DNA of 64,000 nucleotides from an uncultured delta proteobacterium (GTDB lineage Bacteria; Desulfobacterota; Binatia; DP-6): NCBI GenBank assembly GCA_963815115.1, contig CAWFFN010000009.1, positions 320,001 to 384,000 of the forward strand, read 5' to 3'. Shown piece by piece: positions 22,056 to 32,679 of this stretch (position 1 is its first letter; each line of letters starts with the position of its first letter). The notes under the pieces were generated by a model. It saw only the letters and a program-made list of their open reading frames with translations, ran no database searches and was not told where the DNA came from. The position numbers and the translations under genes were made by a program.

Positions 22056-22275
22056 TTCCCACCGACCCCGGGGGTCGACCCGCGATGGAGGAAACTGGTA
22101 CGGCGCCGCTGCCGGCACCGAGGTCGAGCAATGTCTGGTGCGCGAAGCCCGCTAACAAGTTGGACCCGACGTCCCGTGCGCACCCGTGATTGTCGCCACG
22201 GACCGCGCGGTCCGCGAGCACGCTTGGTAGACTGCTGCCCCCAGGGACGTCACGCCGGCAGAACGGGAGGACGTG
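22056..22275 (+). ncRNA. putative IS110 bridge RNA (also in copies 2 and 3)
   Basis: Two stem-enclosed internal loops carrying TAACAAG (22153-22159) and CTTGGTAG (22223-22230), which match the two junctions of the element; RNA boundaries are inferred. Confidence 0.7.
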
Positions 22276-23505
22276 ACGATGGAGGTCATCCATGCCCAGT
22301 GCGCGGGGCTCGACGTACACAAGCAGACCGTGGTGGCCTGCGTGCGGATCACGGGCGCGGGGGGCGTGCGGCGCGAGGTGCGGACGTTTGCGACGACCGC
22401 CGCCGAGCTGCTGGCCTTGCAGGAGTGGCTGGTGGCCGCCGGCTGCACCCATGCCGTGCTGGAGTCGACGGGCGTCTACTGGAAACCCGTGTGGCACGTG
22501 CTCGAGGACCACCTGACCCTCGTGCTGGCCAACGCGACGGCGGTGCGCAATCTGCCCGGGCGCAAGAGCGACGTGAGCGACGCGCAGTGGCTCGCGGATC
22601 TGCTCGCCCATGGGCTGGTGCGCGGCAGCTTCGTGCCGCCCGCGCCGATTCAGGCGTTGCGCGAGCTGACGCGGACGCGCAAGCAGCTCGGGCGGGAGGT
22701 CACCGCCCACAGTCAGCGGATCGAGAAGGTGCTGGAGAGCGCGGACGTGAAGCTCGCCGCGGTGCTCCGCCCGCTGCTCGGCGTCAGCGGGCGGGCGATC
22801 ATCGCGGCCCTGGCGGCGGGCGAAACCGATCCCGAGCGCCTCGTGGCGTTAGCCCACCCGCGGCTGCGGCCGAAGCGGGCCGCGCTGCGGGCCGCGCTGC
22901 CCGGGCACGTCCGGCCGCATCATCGCGTCTTGCTGGGTCAGCACCTGCGGGTGGTCGAGACGCTGCGGGCGACGATCGCGGAGCTGGATGCCGCGATCGG
23001 GGCCGCCGTCGCCCCGTATCGCGCCGCCGTCGACCACCTCGTGACGATGCCCGGCGTGAGCACGACGGCGGCGCAGATCCTGGTCGCGGAGATCGGCACG
23101 GACATGAGCCGCTTCCCCAGCGCGGGGCATCTCGTCTCCTGGGCGGGGCTGTGTCCGCGCCAGGACGCGAGTGCGGGCAAGCACCGCTCCACGCGCCTCC
23201 GCAAGGGGGCGCCGTGGCTCAAGCCCGTGCTCATTCAGGGCGCGTGGGCAGCGGTGCGAGGCCGCGAGGGCTACCTCCGCACCCAGTTCCTGCGCCTCAA
23301 GCATCGCCGCGGTCCGATGAAGGCCATCGTCGCGGTGGCCGCCTCCATGCTCACCGCCGCCTATTACATGCTGCGCGACGACCAAGACTATCACGACCTC
23401 GGGGCCGCCCACTTCCAGCGCGGCGACCACAACCACCTCGTCGCCGGACTCACCCGCCGCCTCCACCACCTCGGTTACGAGGTCACGCTCCGCCCCGCCG
23501 CCTGA
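22273..23505 (+). CDS. IS110-family recombinase/transposase
   Basis: DEDD RuvC-like motifs GLDVHK, ESTG, KSDVSDA; C-terminal domain with SAGK serine. Confidence 0.97.
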   Translation: MTMEVIHAQCAGLDVHKQTVVACVRITGAGGVRREVRTFATTAAELLALQEWLVAAGCTHAVLESTGVYWKPVWHVLEDHLTLVLANATAVRNLPGRKSDVSDAQWLADLLAHGLVRGSFVPPAPIQALRELTRTRKQLGREVTAHSQRIEKVLESADVKLAAVLRPLLGVSGRAIIAALAAGETDPERLVALAHPRLRPKRAALRAALPGHVRPHHRVLLGQHLRVVETLRATIAELDAAIGAAVAPYRAAVDHLVTMPGVSTTAAQILVAEIGTDMSRFPSAGHLVSWAGLCPRQDASAGKHRSTRLRKGAPWLKPVLIQGAWAAVRGREGYLRTQFLRLKHRRGPMKAIVAVAASMLTAAYYMLRDDQDYHDLGAAHFQRGDHNHLVAGLTRRLHHLGYEVTLRPAA

Positions 23506-23534
23506 CGCCGCGTACCGAGCGAGTTACTTGGTAG

Positions 23535-23910
23535 GCGGCGCAGTCTGCGCTTCGCTCCGCGTGCTCCGCGACGAGCCGGTGAGAGCGGCGATGCGTTCCT
23601 GGCACTGCCGTAGGAGGCAGTGACCATCCGCACCGCACGCAGCGTTGCGTTGCGATATCCATGCGCGCTGACTCGCTCGAACGGTCTTGAAGTCCTCGAA
23701 GGCGAGGATCCGCCGAAGGTCCTCGTAGACCTTGGACATGGCTTCATCGCAGTTGCGCACTTCAGGGCTAGTGCAGATGGTTAGCTCGGCGGGCTTGCGG
23801 GCCTTCGTACAGTCGATCGCGAGCGCCGTCTCGACCACGACGGCGAGCATACCGATGAGCGCCGCAATGACCGTCACGGACTGTGCGCGCCGGACAGGAT
23901 CGAGGGCCAT
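23535..23910 (-). pseudogene. LprI-like (lysozyme inhibitor family) exported protein, 3' end cut by IS110
   Basis: Signal peptide, IDCTKA...TIC, SQRAWISQRNAACG. Confidence 0.7.
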
Positions 23911-24571
23911 GCGGTCTCCTCTCTCCGCCAGATGTAGCGGCGGCCCCGCAGCCGCACCCGCGTGGGGAATGCGCCGACAACAACGATGCGTCAAGCCCGC
24001 AGCCCCCGCCCACGCGGCACTGTACCAAGCCAACGGAGCTATGCGGACGGTGCAGCTTCAGGCCGCAGCGTTCGCCCGTCACCGGATCGGTGGCCTCGTA
24101 CGGATTCGCCACGAGCCCGGACCGGGCGCGGTCGTGAAGCGCGGAATGAACTCCAAGGGGTGCCTCGCGAGGAAGGCGCCAAACACAACAGCCCCGAGCA
24201 CTACGATCTCCATGAGGCGGCCCGGTGCAGCCTCCGAGCCTCGCTCAGCCGCGGGTAGCACGCGCACGTGGTTTCGCGGCTGGTTGGTCGGGCGTCATAG
24301 TCCGTCGGACGCGACTGCTGCCGCGCCGCTGAACAAGTCGTGGCTTGTCGGTCCATCCGCAGCTTTCGCACACCGAACGGTATGGATGACCGACCGCGAT
24401 CTCCGGCATGTACACTGACGCGATTCGGTAGGACGAACACCCTGGGCACCGATCGGGCGACGAGCGGAACCGGGATCACCACGGGCGGTGCCCACATCAA
24501 CAACCAACAGCTCTCGACCCAAGGGATATAGAGAAGAGGCGACGACCTTCTCGCGCAACGCTTCGCCGGGG

Positions 24572-24990
24572 CAAGCTCGACCGCCTGACGCGGTCGCTGA
24601 GCGACTTCGCGCACCTGATGGACCGCGCGCACCGCGAGGGTTGGGCACTCGTGGCGCTCGATCTCAACGTGGACACCACAACACCAGCGGGTGAGTTGCT
24701 CGCGAATGTGATGGCGACCGTCAATCAGTTCGAGCGGCGTGTAATCGCACAGCGAACGCGGGACGCGCTCGCTGTGTTGAAGCAGCGGGGCGTTCGACTT
24801 GGCAGCCCCCGACTGCGGGCTGGTCGCACGAGCGAGCGGGTGCGCAGGCGAATCCTCCGGCTGCGCGCGAGGGGGATGAGCTACCCGAAAATCGCGGCTC
24901 TGCTAAACCGTCAGGACAGCGTTCGGCGTTCGGCGGCCGGTGCTGGTATCCGGCGTCCGTCCGCGCCGTCGCGTTGCGCGTGGCGTAGCC
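24572..24990 (+). pseudogene. resolvase-family serine recombinase, 5'-truncated
   Basis: KLDRLTRS, VDTTTPAG, QFERRVIAQRTR; catalytic N-terminus missing. Confidence 0.75.
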
Positions 24991-25075
24991 GACTCCGGAG
25001 AACACCGGAAGGAGATTCCATCGGCCAAGGTCCTGCGTCGGCTCCGCTGGGGCGGGCACTCCGCTAGGTGCAGAG

Positions 25076-25160
25076 CGGCACGTCGCTGAACGCGATCCAG
25101 CAGCTCCTCGGGCACCGCTCGCTGCACACGACCAGCGTCTACCTCCAGCACATCGCGCCG
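25076..25160 (+). pseudogene. tyrosine recombinase C-terminal scrap
   Basis: AIQQLLGHRSLHTTSVYL. Confidence 0.6.
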
Positions 25161-25230
25161 GCGGCGGCCGTCGCCCAGGGCGTTGACGCGCACGGCCCGC
25201 TCGCGCTACCGCGCCCTCTGGGCTCGATCC

Positions 25231-26367
25231 ATGCCGGTTCGCGATGACACCACGCCGCTCGACGTCGTTCGCGTCGCGATCGTCGGCTGCGGGCGCATCG
25301 CCGACTTGCAGGTCCTCGGATACCTCGACCACCCGCACGCGCGCCTCGTCGCGGTCTGTGACACCGACGAGGCGCTCGCCGTACGCCGCGCCGATGAATG
25401 GGGTGCGCGCCCGTACACGCGGCTCGAGCGCCTGCTCGCCGATCCGGACGTCGACGCCGTTGACGTCCTGACGCCGCACCATCTGCACGCCGAGCACGCG
25501 ATCGCGGCCCTCGATGCCGGCAAGCACGTCTCGCTCCAGAAGCCGCCGACGCGAACGCTTCGCGAGCTCGACGCCGTCGCGGTCGCCGCCGCGCGGTCGG
25601 GGCGCACGCTTCGGGTGTTCGATAACTTCGCGCACTACCCGCCGCACCGCAAGGCGAAGGAGCTGGTCGTCGCAGGCGCCGTCGGGGAGCCGCTGTCGGT
25701 GCGCCTCAAGACCGCCGCGGGGCGGCCGGGCGACGGCTGGCCCGTCGAGGAGCGCTCACAGCGCTGGCGCGTCGATCCGGCGCTGTGCGGCGGCGGCCCG
25801 ACGACGTTCGACCACGGCTATCACTGCTACTCGATGGCGCGGTTCTTCATGCCGGTCGACGTCGCCCGCGTGCACGCGTTCGTGCACTGGACTGAGGTCG
25901 GGCCGAATGCGTGGTACGACGGACCGGCGCTCGTCTCGTGGCAGTACGACGGCGATCTCCCGCGCTTCGGCTCGTGGGAGGTGATCGCGTCGCTCGGCAT
26001 GCGCGTGCGCTCGAAGTACTACGTGAGCGACGACCGCATCGAGATCCACGGAAGCGAGGGCGTCGTTTGGGTGAACCGCTGCACGGGACGGCTCCTCGAC
26101 GAGCCGTCGGTCGTCCTCTACCGCGACGGAGAGACCCGCGCGTTCCACGATCTCGAGACCGACTGGGCGGCCTCGTTCCGGGACGGCGCCCACGACTTCG
26201 TCGATGCGCTCCGAGAGCGACGCGCGCCGGCGCAGGAGGTCGCCGACGCCCGCTGCACGCTCGCGATGGCGCTCGCCGTCGCACGGAGCGCACGCGAGCA
26301 CCGCGAGGTCGCGCTGCGCGAGATCACGGACGAGGCCGATCGGATTCCCGACGCCGTGTCGAAATGA
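25231..26367 (+). CDS. Gfo/Idh/MocA oxidoreductase
   Basis: VAIVGCGRI, TPHHLH, GKHVSLQKP, DHGYH. Confidence 0.9.
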   Translation: MPVRDDTTPLDVVRVAIVGCGRIADLQVLGYLDHPHARLVAVCDTDEALAVRRADEWGARPYTRLERLLADPDVDAVDVLTPHHLHAEHAIAALDAGKHVSLQKPPTRTLRELDAVAVAAARSGRTLRVFDNFAHYPPHRKAKELVVAGAVGEPLSVRLKTAAGRPGDGWPVEERSQRWRVDPALCGGGPTTFDHGYHCYSMARFFMPVDVARVHAFVHWTEVGPNAWYDGPALVSWQYDGDLPRFGSWEVIASLGMRVRSKYYVSDDRIEIHGSEGVVWVNRCTGRLLDEPSVVLYRDGETRAFHDLETDWAASFRDGAHDFVDALRERRAPAQEVADARCTLAMALAVARSAREHREVALREITDEADRIPDAVSK

Positions 26368-26790
26368 ACGGCGGCGGCGATCCGCGCGGCGTCGGCCAAC
26401 GGCTGATGGAATCGGCGCCGGTGGTCGCCCTGTACGAAAGCCGTCTCTGGCGCCGCAACCCGCTCGTCGAGGCGGCGCTGGGCATTGCGTTCGACGACGA
26501 GCTCGCGCGCATCGGGAGGGCCGCACGCGTCGACGAGGCGTCGCGTTCGGGATCTCGCCTGCGGACCGGGTATCTCTGCGCGACCGTTCGCCCGGCGTCT
26601 TCCGAGCGGCCGCGTCGTCGGTCTCGACGTCTCGGAGGCCGATGCTCGCCTACGCCGAGCGACGCCGCCAAGCCGAGGGGCTCACGAACCTCCACCTCGT
26701 CCGCGGCTCGGCCTCGACCTGTCTTTTGCCGCCGCGACGTTCGATGTCGTCAACTGCTGTGTTGCACTGCACTTGTTCCCTCCTTACGGA
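26364..26790 (+). pseudogene. SAM-dependent methyltransferase, frameshifted and truncated
   Basis: DLACGPG and VGLDVS lie in a shifted frame. Confidence 0.65.
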
Positions 26791-26891
26791 ACAGCAGCGG
26801 GCTGGTAGACGCGCCGGGCAGACGGCTGGTAGCCCGAGGGGCGAATTGCCCCTTCGTGCGCCGTTCCCTCAGTTGCGCACGGCTCGACGGA

Positions 26892-27150
26892 CTACTGCTT
26901 CGCTGGTCGCCATCCGGCAGCTTGCGCCTCCGCCTCGGAACAGAACCACCGCTCGCCGCGCGCGGGATCGATCACCGTGTTCGCGTAGGACCGGCCGCCG
27001 GGCACGTGGTAGCTGCGCTCGCCCTTCGAATTGATGTTGCCCTTGATGTCGCATCCGCTGCGATGGGATTCAGGCAGCAGCCCGAGCGTGCTCGTCCCTC
27101 GTGCGAGCGCGCGCGCACCTTGCCGACCGTGGACCTCACGGGTACGCTCA
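26892..27150 (-). pseudogene. thermonuclease-associated C-terminal domain fragment
   Basis: CDIKGNINSKGERSYHVPG...WFCSEAEAQAAGWR. Confidence 0.7.
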
Positions 27151-27178
27151 GCGAGAGCGACAGCGCCGAGGTACAAAC

Positions 27179-28138
27179 GTGGACCTGCTGGAAAACGCCG
27201 TAGAGTCGATCAAGGTCGGTGTCGAGGACTACCAGATGGGAAAGCACCCGCGTCTGCTCTCCGCCGTCCGGAACATCCACGCCGGCATCCTTCTCCTCTA
27301 CAAGGAGGTGCTGCGGCGCCACTCCCCTCCGGGCACCAACGACGTCTTCGTCAAGGCTCGAATCCACCCCCTCATCGCTTCTGACGGCAGCGTTGCGTCC
27401 CTTGTGGGGAAGGGCAGGAAGACGGCGACCTCGCAGCAGATCAAGGAACGCTTCGGGTGGCTCGGTCTGACGACGGACTGGACACGTCTGGAGCAGATCA
27501 AGGACGTCCGCAACGATATCGAGCACTACTTCGCGACAGCGACGCAAGCTGCACTTGAGGGCGTCATCTCGGACGCGTGCCTCATCACGCGCGACTTCGT
27601 TGTCCGACATCTCAACAGCGATCCTCGCCTGCTGCTGGGCGACGCGACCTGGGAGACGATGCTCGACGTGGCGGCGGTCCATGAGGCGGAACGTGAAGCC
27701 TGCGAGAAGGCACTGGACGAGGTCGGGTGGCAGTCCGATGCTCTCGATGCCGGCGTGCATCATCTCTCGTGCACCAAGTGCGGCTCCGACCTTCTCCGAC
27801 CGGAGGGCGCCTCCGATGTGAACTACGGGGTGGATGTGGACCTCGTCTGTAGCGCGTGCGGCGCGCGCGAGGCTCCGGAGGACTACGTGTCGAAGGCCGT
27901 ATCCGAGGCGCTTGAGGGCGCGCGTTACATCGCGATGACGGACGGAGGGGATACCCCCTACGTCGAATGCCCGGAGTGCTTCAATGAGGCGTACATCATC
28001 GAGGAGGAACGGTGCGCCCTGTGCGGGCATGAGGCAGAGCATTCGTGTGCTTCCTGCGGGAGCCGCATCCCGCCCGAAGAACTGGAGTCGTCGCCGCTCT
28101 GCGGCTGGTGCCACCACATGGTGTCGAAGGACGACTAG
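27179..28138 (+). CDS. hypothetical protein, HEPN-like N-terminus with C-terminal Zn ribbons
   Basis: RNDIEH (Rx4H) and six CxxC pairs. Confidence 0.7.
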   Translation: MDLLENAVESIKVGVEDYQMGKHPRLLSAVRNIHAGILLLYKEVLRRHSPPGTNDVFVKARIHPLIASDGSVASLVGKGRKTATSQQIKERFGWLGLTTDWTRLEQIKDVRNDIEHYFATATQAALEGVISDACLITRDFVVRHLNSDPRLLLGDATWETMLDVAAVHEAEREACEKALDEVGWQSDALDAGVHHLSCTKCGSDLLRPEGASDVNYGVDVDLVCSACGAREAPEDYVSKAVSEALEGARYIAMTDGGDTPYVECPECFNEAYIIEEERCALCGHEAEHSCASCGSRIPPEELESSPLCGWCHHMVSKDD

Positions 28139-28505
28139 CAGTCGGCGGTCCGCGCTTCCTCACGGACGGGGGATGAATCACCGGAAGAGCCGTCCGCCAA
28201 GCTCGCGGCCCGACAGGGATGCTCAAGGCTGCCTGTAGGCACGAAGATCAGATCGCGTTGATTGCGCGACGTGATCGCCGCCTCACAGTGGCAGGCAGTC
28301 GAGTTCCATCCGTAGTCGCGTCACTGAAGACGTCCCAGTCGGACTGGGCTCTTGCGGCCGAATGGCGCCCAGAAGCAGTAGGCGGCCGAGACGCCGTTAT
28401 CTGAGTTGCGCATACCCGACACCGCGCTACGACAGATCCGGACGCCCGTCCCGCCCATCATCCCGGCGGCCCACGCGTCCCGGCCGCCGCGAAGGAGTTC
28501 GCAGC

Positions 28506-28868
28506 ATGATCGAGCGCATCCCGGGTCTCCCCGAGAACGTCCTTGGCTTCGCGGCCAGCGGCAGGGTCACTGCAGACGACTACGAGTCGGTCCTCATTCC
28601 CGCGGTCGAGTCGGTGCTCGCGCACCGGGAGAAGGTCCGCTTCCTCTACCACATTGGCAAGGGCTGCTCGGGCTTCGAGGCCGGCGCCATGTGGGACGAC
28701 GCCAAGGTCGGGCTGCGACACCTCGCGAGCTGGGAGCGGGTGGCGGTCGTCACGGACATCGAGTGGATCCGCGCCGCCGTGAAGGTCTTCGGCATCCTCA
28801 TGCCGGGCCATGTGCGCGTGTTCCATAACAGCGAGCTAGACCAGGCCATGCGCTGGGTTAGTGAGTGA
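28506..28868 (+). CDS. SpoIIAA-like (STAS/SEC14) protein
   Basis: GRVTADDY, AMWDDAKVG, ERVAVVTD. Confidence 0.85.
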   Translation: MIERIPGLPENVLGFAASGRVTADDYESVLIPAVESVLAHREKVRFLYHIGKGCSGFEAGAMWDDAKVGLRHLASWERVAVVTDIEWIRAAVKVFGILMPGHVRVFHNSELDQAMRWVSE

Positions 28869-29047
28869 CCAGTTGCGGAGCTGTGTGACAAGTCGCAAGC
28901 GACTTCGGCGCCGACTCGTACATCTTCGACCAGCGATTGGAGGCACCTTCTCGGTCGCTGACGAACCTGCGGCGCAGGAAGTGCTTGCGGCTTGGGGCTA
29001 GAGTTGTCGCGATCAAGCTGTCCCTGTAGTTTCCCGCCTGAGGGGAC

Positions 29048-30325
29048 ATGCGCCCGCTCAACCAGACCGCACATCCATGGGGGCTCAACCGGCTGGCGCT
29101 CGCGCGGCGGATCTTGACCTTGCTGCTCGCCGTGGCGATTGAGCCACTCGCCTCCGCGACCGAGGTGCCGCTCGTCAAAACCGGGGGCGGCGTGTACGCC
29201 GTGCCCGTGCAGATCAACGGGGCGATCACGCTCAACTTCATCGTCGACTCGGGGGCTGCGGAGGTGAACATTCCAGGGGATGTGGTGATGACCCTTATCC
29301 GGGCGAACACCATCGCACCGTCGGACTTCTTGCCGGGGGCGACGTTGGTCCTTGCCGACGGGACGCGCGTGCAGAGTGCGCGATTTACGATCCGCAAGGT
29401 ACGTATCGGCGACCGTGTCATTCAGAACGTCGCGGCCACCATCGGGGACGTCACAGGTTCGCTCTTGCTGGGGCAGAGCGTGCTGGAGCGCTTGGGTCGA
29501 TGGAGCTTCGATTCGGGCCGTGGTGTGATGGTCCTCGGTGAACCAGGAAGTGCCGCCGAGTCGACTAGTCCCGTGCCGGTCTCACCAACGCCGGCGACTC
29601 AGGGCTGCGAAGACTGGCGCTCGGCACCCCCCACATGCGCCGTGGGGTTTGTGCGTCAGTACTACGAGAATCTCTCGGGCGGGAACTGCGAGGCCGCCGG
29701 GATGCAGTGGGGCGTTCGCGGCGAGCAGCGGCGAGTGCAGTGCGCGAAGGCGTCCTCCGCCTTCCACGTGCAGAGCATCGCCCTGACGCGGGCAGACCCG
29801 AGCGGAGTTGACGTGGCAGTCCACGCCTACGAGGTAGCCAAATCCGGCGGTGGACTCCTGACGTCCTGGTCCCTGGGGCTTCGGCTCGTACCCGGCAACC
29901 CGTGGTCGATCGTCGACCTCAAAGGAACTAAAGTCGCCTCGGTGGCGGCCGCGGCGCCGGTGGCTCCCGCACCGGCCGCGGAATGCGCCGACTGGCGCTC
30001 GGCACCACCGAGCTGTGCGGTGGGATTCGTGCGCACCTACTTCGAGGACCTTTCCCGCGGGGATTGCGATGCGGCCATGGCGAAGTGGAGCAGTCCCCCT
30101 CGCCAGACGCGGGAGCTGTGCCGACGGGCGTCGTCGGCGTTTCAGCTCGCAGATGTCTCCGTTGCACGGGTGGATGGCAGTGCGGTCAGCGTGGCAGTCC
30201 GAGCGATGGAGGTCGACAAAGACCGCGGGGGCATGGTCGCCTGCTGGCAGCTCACCGTTCGCCTTATGCGCGGCGCACCTTGGTCGATCAGCGGCCTGAA
30301 CGGCACCCGGTGCCACGATCGCTGA
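29048..30325 (+). CDS. exported retropepsin-like aspartyl protease with two C-terminal repeats
   Basis: FIVDSGA, LLGQSVL; two C.DWRSAPP.CAVGFVR.Y repeats. Confidence 0.8.
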   Translation: MRPLNQTAHPWGLNRLALARRILTLLLAVAIEPLASATEVPLVKTGGGVYAVPVQINGAITLNFIVDSGAAEVNIPGDVVMTLIRANTIAPSDFLPGATLVLADGTRVQSARFTIRKVRIGDRVIQNVAATIGDVTGSLLLGQSVLERLGRWSFDSGRGVMVLGEPGSAAESTSPVPVSPTPATQGCEDWRSAPPTCAVGFVRQYYENLSGGNCEAAGMQWGVRGEQRRVQCAKASSAFHVQSIALTRADPSGVDVAVHAYEVAKSGGGLLTSWSLGLRLVPGNPWSIVDLKGTKVASVAAAAPVAPAPAAECADWRSAPPSCAVGFVRTYFEDLSRGDCDAAMAKWSSPPRQTRELCRRASSAFQLADVSVARVDGSAVSVAVRAMEVDKDRGGMVACWQLTVRLMRGAPWSISGLNGTRCHDR

Positions 30326-30472
30326 GCATCATCCGCAGCGCGCCTCTTCGGGCGCTCTTTGCTGCATGCCTGTGCGCCAGTTCCTGCCTCTGCCCGGCGA
30401 TCATTGGAGCGGAAGACCCTCACGGCCCCGGCGCATCGTCAGTGCGCGGCGTCTCTCGTGATCCGAGCCCGA

Positions 30473-31470
30473 TGCACTCCGGCTCGCAGCTCGTGCTCGA
30501 CCGCCTCTGGAGCCCGGAGGCCCTGCGGGGCACCGAGGCCGACGCGCGCATCCGACGCCTCGCGAGTCCTGACACCACCCCGCCACATGCGCCGGGTGTG
30601 CAGATATTCCCGTCGCTCCTTGGCGCGGGAGCACGCACCACCATTCGCCGTGCGCACCTACGCGGCGACGAGAAGCTTCTCGCGCTCACGTTCGACTTGT
30701 GCGAAACCGAGGATGAGGTCACGGGCTACCAGGCGGCTGTCGTGAACTACCTGCGTGACGCTCATGTGCGCGCGACCTTCTTTGCCGGCGGGAAATGGAT
30801 GCGGTCCCATCCGGAGAAGACAATGCAGCTCATGGCTGATCCACTCTTCGAGGTGGGCAACCATAGCTGGAGCCATCGCAACCTCCGGCAGGCGACCGAT
30901 GAGGTCGTGGAGCACGAGATACTGTGGCCTCAATGGGAGTACGGGCTCCTCTGGGAGGAACTCGCGCATCGCGCGACCCAGGCTGGGCTGCCAGCGGCCG
31001 AAATGGGCAAGATTCCGTCGGTGCCCCGGTTGTTTCGCTTCCCATTCGGCGCTTGCAACGACGCGGCGCTGGCAGCCGTTGCGGACGCGGGCCTCCGCGC
31101 GATCCAGTGGAGCATCGTGACGGGCGACCCGGCTCCTGAGCAAACCGCATCGGCGATCGTGCGCACGGTACTCGGCGAGGCGACACCGGGCTCGATCGTC
31201 ATATTCCATGCCAACGGACGGGGGCATGGAACGGCCGAGGCGCTACGGGAAATCGTTCCCGTACTGCGTGACAAGGGCTACACCTTTGTGACCGTGAGCG
31301 AGTTGCTGGAGCGCTCGGACAATCTTGTGACAACCCCCGAGTGCTATGAACTGCGGCCGGGTGACAATCTACGATACGACCATCCCCTCCGGGCCGGTCG
31401 CGCGGCCTCGGGCGGGCCGCCCCGAGGAAAGGGGCGGGGTGCTCCCGAGGTTGTTCCGGCCCCCGACTAG
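30473..31470 (+). CDS. polysaccharide deacetylase (start uncertain, may be further upstream)
   Basis: ALTFD, GNHSWSH, FRFPFG, IVIFH. Confidence 0.85.
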
Positions 31471-31599
31471 GTCGGTCCTCATCTCCCGGCTTACGTCGAT
31501 CAGTAACGCATCCTCAGGTCGGGACCGATCGTCGCTTAGCTCCCCGCGGCGGGCTCTCCGCGTTCCCGAACCTGTGTTGTCACAGGAGGACCGCCCGTG

Positions 31600-32112
31600 C
31601 CTGCACGGGCGCCCTCTGACGACCGCAATCCCGCTGCTGGCCGCAGTCGCCACCGGTGTGGCATGCGGCAGCCCGTCCCCGTCGCCGGAGGTGTCGTTCC
31701 CAACGGCGGACGGTGGCACGGTGGTGGCCGACTTCTACGCCGCCAGCGGCTCCGACGGCGTCGTGCTCGCCCACGGCGCTGCCTTCGACAAGGCGAGCTG
31801 GATGCACCTGGCTCGTGGGCCGCGGGCATCAGGTGCTGGCCATCGATTTCCGGCGGCTACGGACGCTCCACGGCGGGCACGGACTCCCACGCGCTGTTCG
31901 AGGACGTGCTCGCGGCGGTGCGCTACCTCCACGGCCGCCGCGCGACGCGCGTCGCGGTGCTCGGTGCGAGCATGGGCGGTGGCGCTGGCGTGCTCGACCC
32001 TCGCGGATTGCCCGTGGCGGGAGCGGAGACGGCCCGGAAGGTGCTGGACGCATCGCTGCCCAGCAACCACCTTATGGAGCGCTGGCGCGAGAGTGCAGGC
32101 AAGCGCACGTGA
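31600..32112 (+). pseudogene. alpha/beta hydrolase lipoprotein, frameshifted
   Basis: VVLAHG and GASMGG in different frames. Confidence 0.6.
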
Positions 32113-32175
32113 CCTTGCCGGGTCGCGCTCAAACACCCGTCGATGTCCAGGATCCCCAAAACCCCGGGCGCCGGT

Positions 32176-32679
32176 TTAGCGCGACTCCAGCTTCTTCAAG
32201 ATGGTCGTGATTTTGACCGCGATCGCCCGATCTGTGGCGTTCGCTCGATCTCCGCGCGCCTTCGTGAGGATCGTGTTGACGCCGAGGACGCGGCCATCGC
32301 TGCCTACCAGCGGCCCGCCGCTGCTTCCCGCAGCGATCAAAGCATCGTGGACAATCACCACCTCGTTCACAGCGTGGACCGTGCCCGTAGACGCCGCGAC
32401 AACGTCGCGGCCCTGGGGGAAGCCAATTGCTGTCACCCCTTCACCCTCCGTGATAGGCCCTTCACGAACTGGCAATGGTTTCGCTTTCACCGGTGACTGA
32501 AGAACGGCGAAGTCCAAGTCTCGATCCACATAGATGACCGTCGCGATCACGCCGGCTCCCTGCCCAGATGACAGACGGGCGCTGGAAGCACCAGCAAGGA
32601 CGTGAGCGTTGGTGGCGACTAGGGCGTCCGTGACGAAGAATCCCGATCCGATCGTCTTGCCCGTGTCGATGCGCACTAG
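32176..32679 (-). pseudogene. trypsin-like serine protease, 5'-truncated by the 90-bp module
   Basis: GSGFF, TNAHV, DFAVL, GSSGGPL. Confidence 0.85.

Larger units (their letters stand above)
21964..23534 (+). mobile_element. 90-bp module (21964-22053) plus IS110 element, copy 1
   Basis: Matches 32680-34250; no terminal inverted repeats; ends TACTTGGTAG. Confidence 0.95.

Noticed and set aside
20343-23534. 1063-aa recombinase-IS110 fusion ORF
   Set aside because: The part after 21940 is read-through in an alternative frame of the module and IS110, not the transposase frame; it is Arg/Ala/Gly-rich shadow sequence
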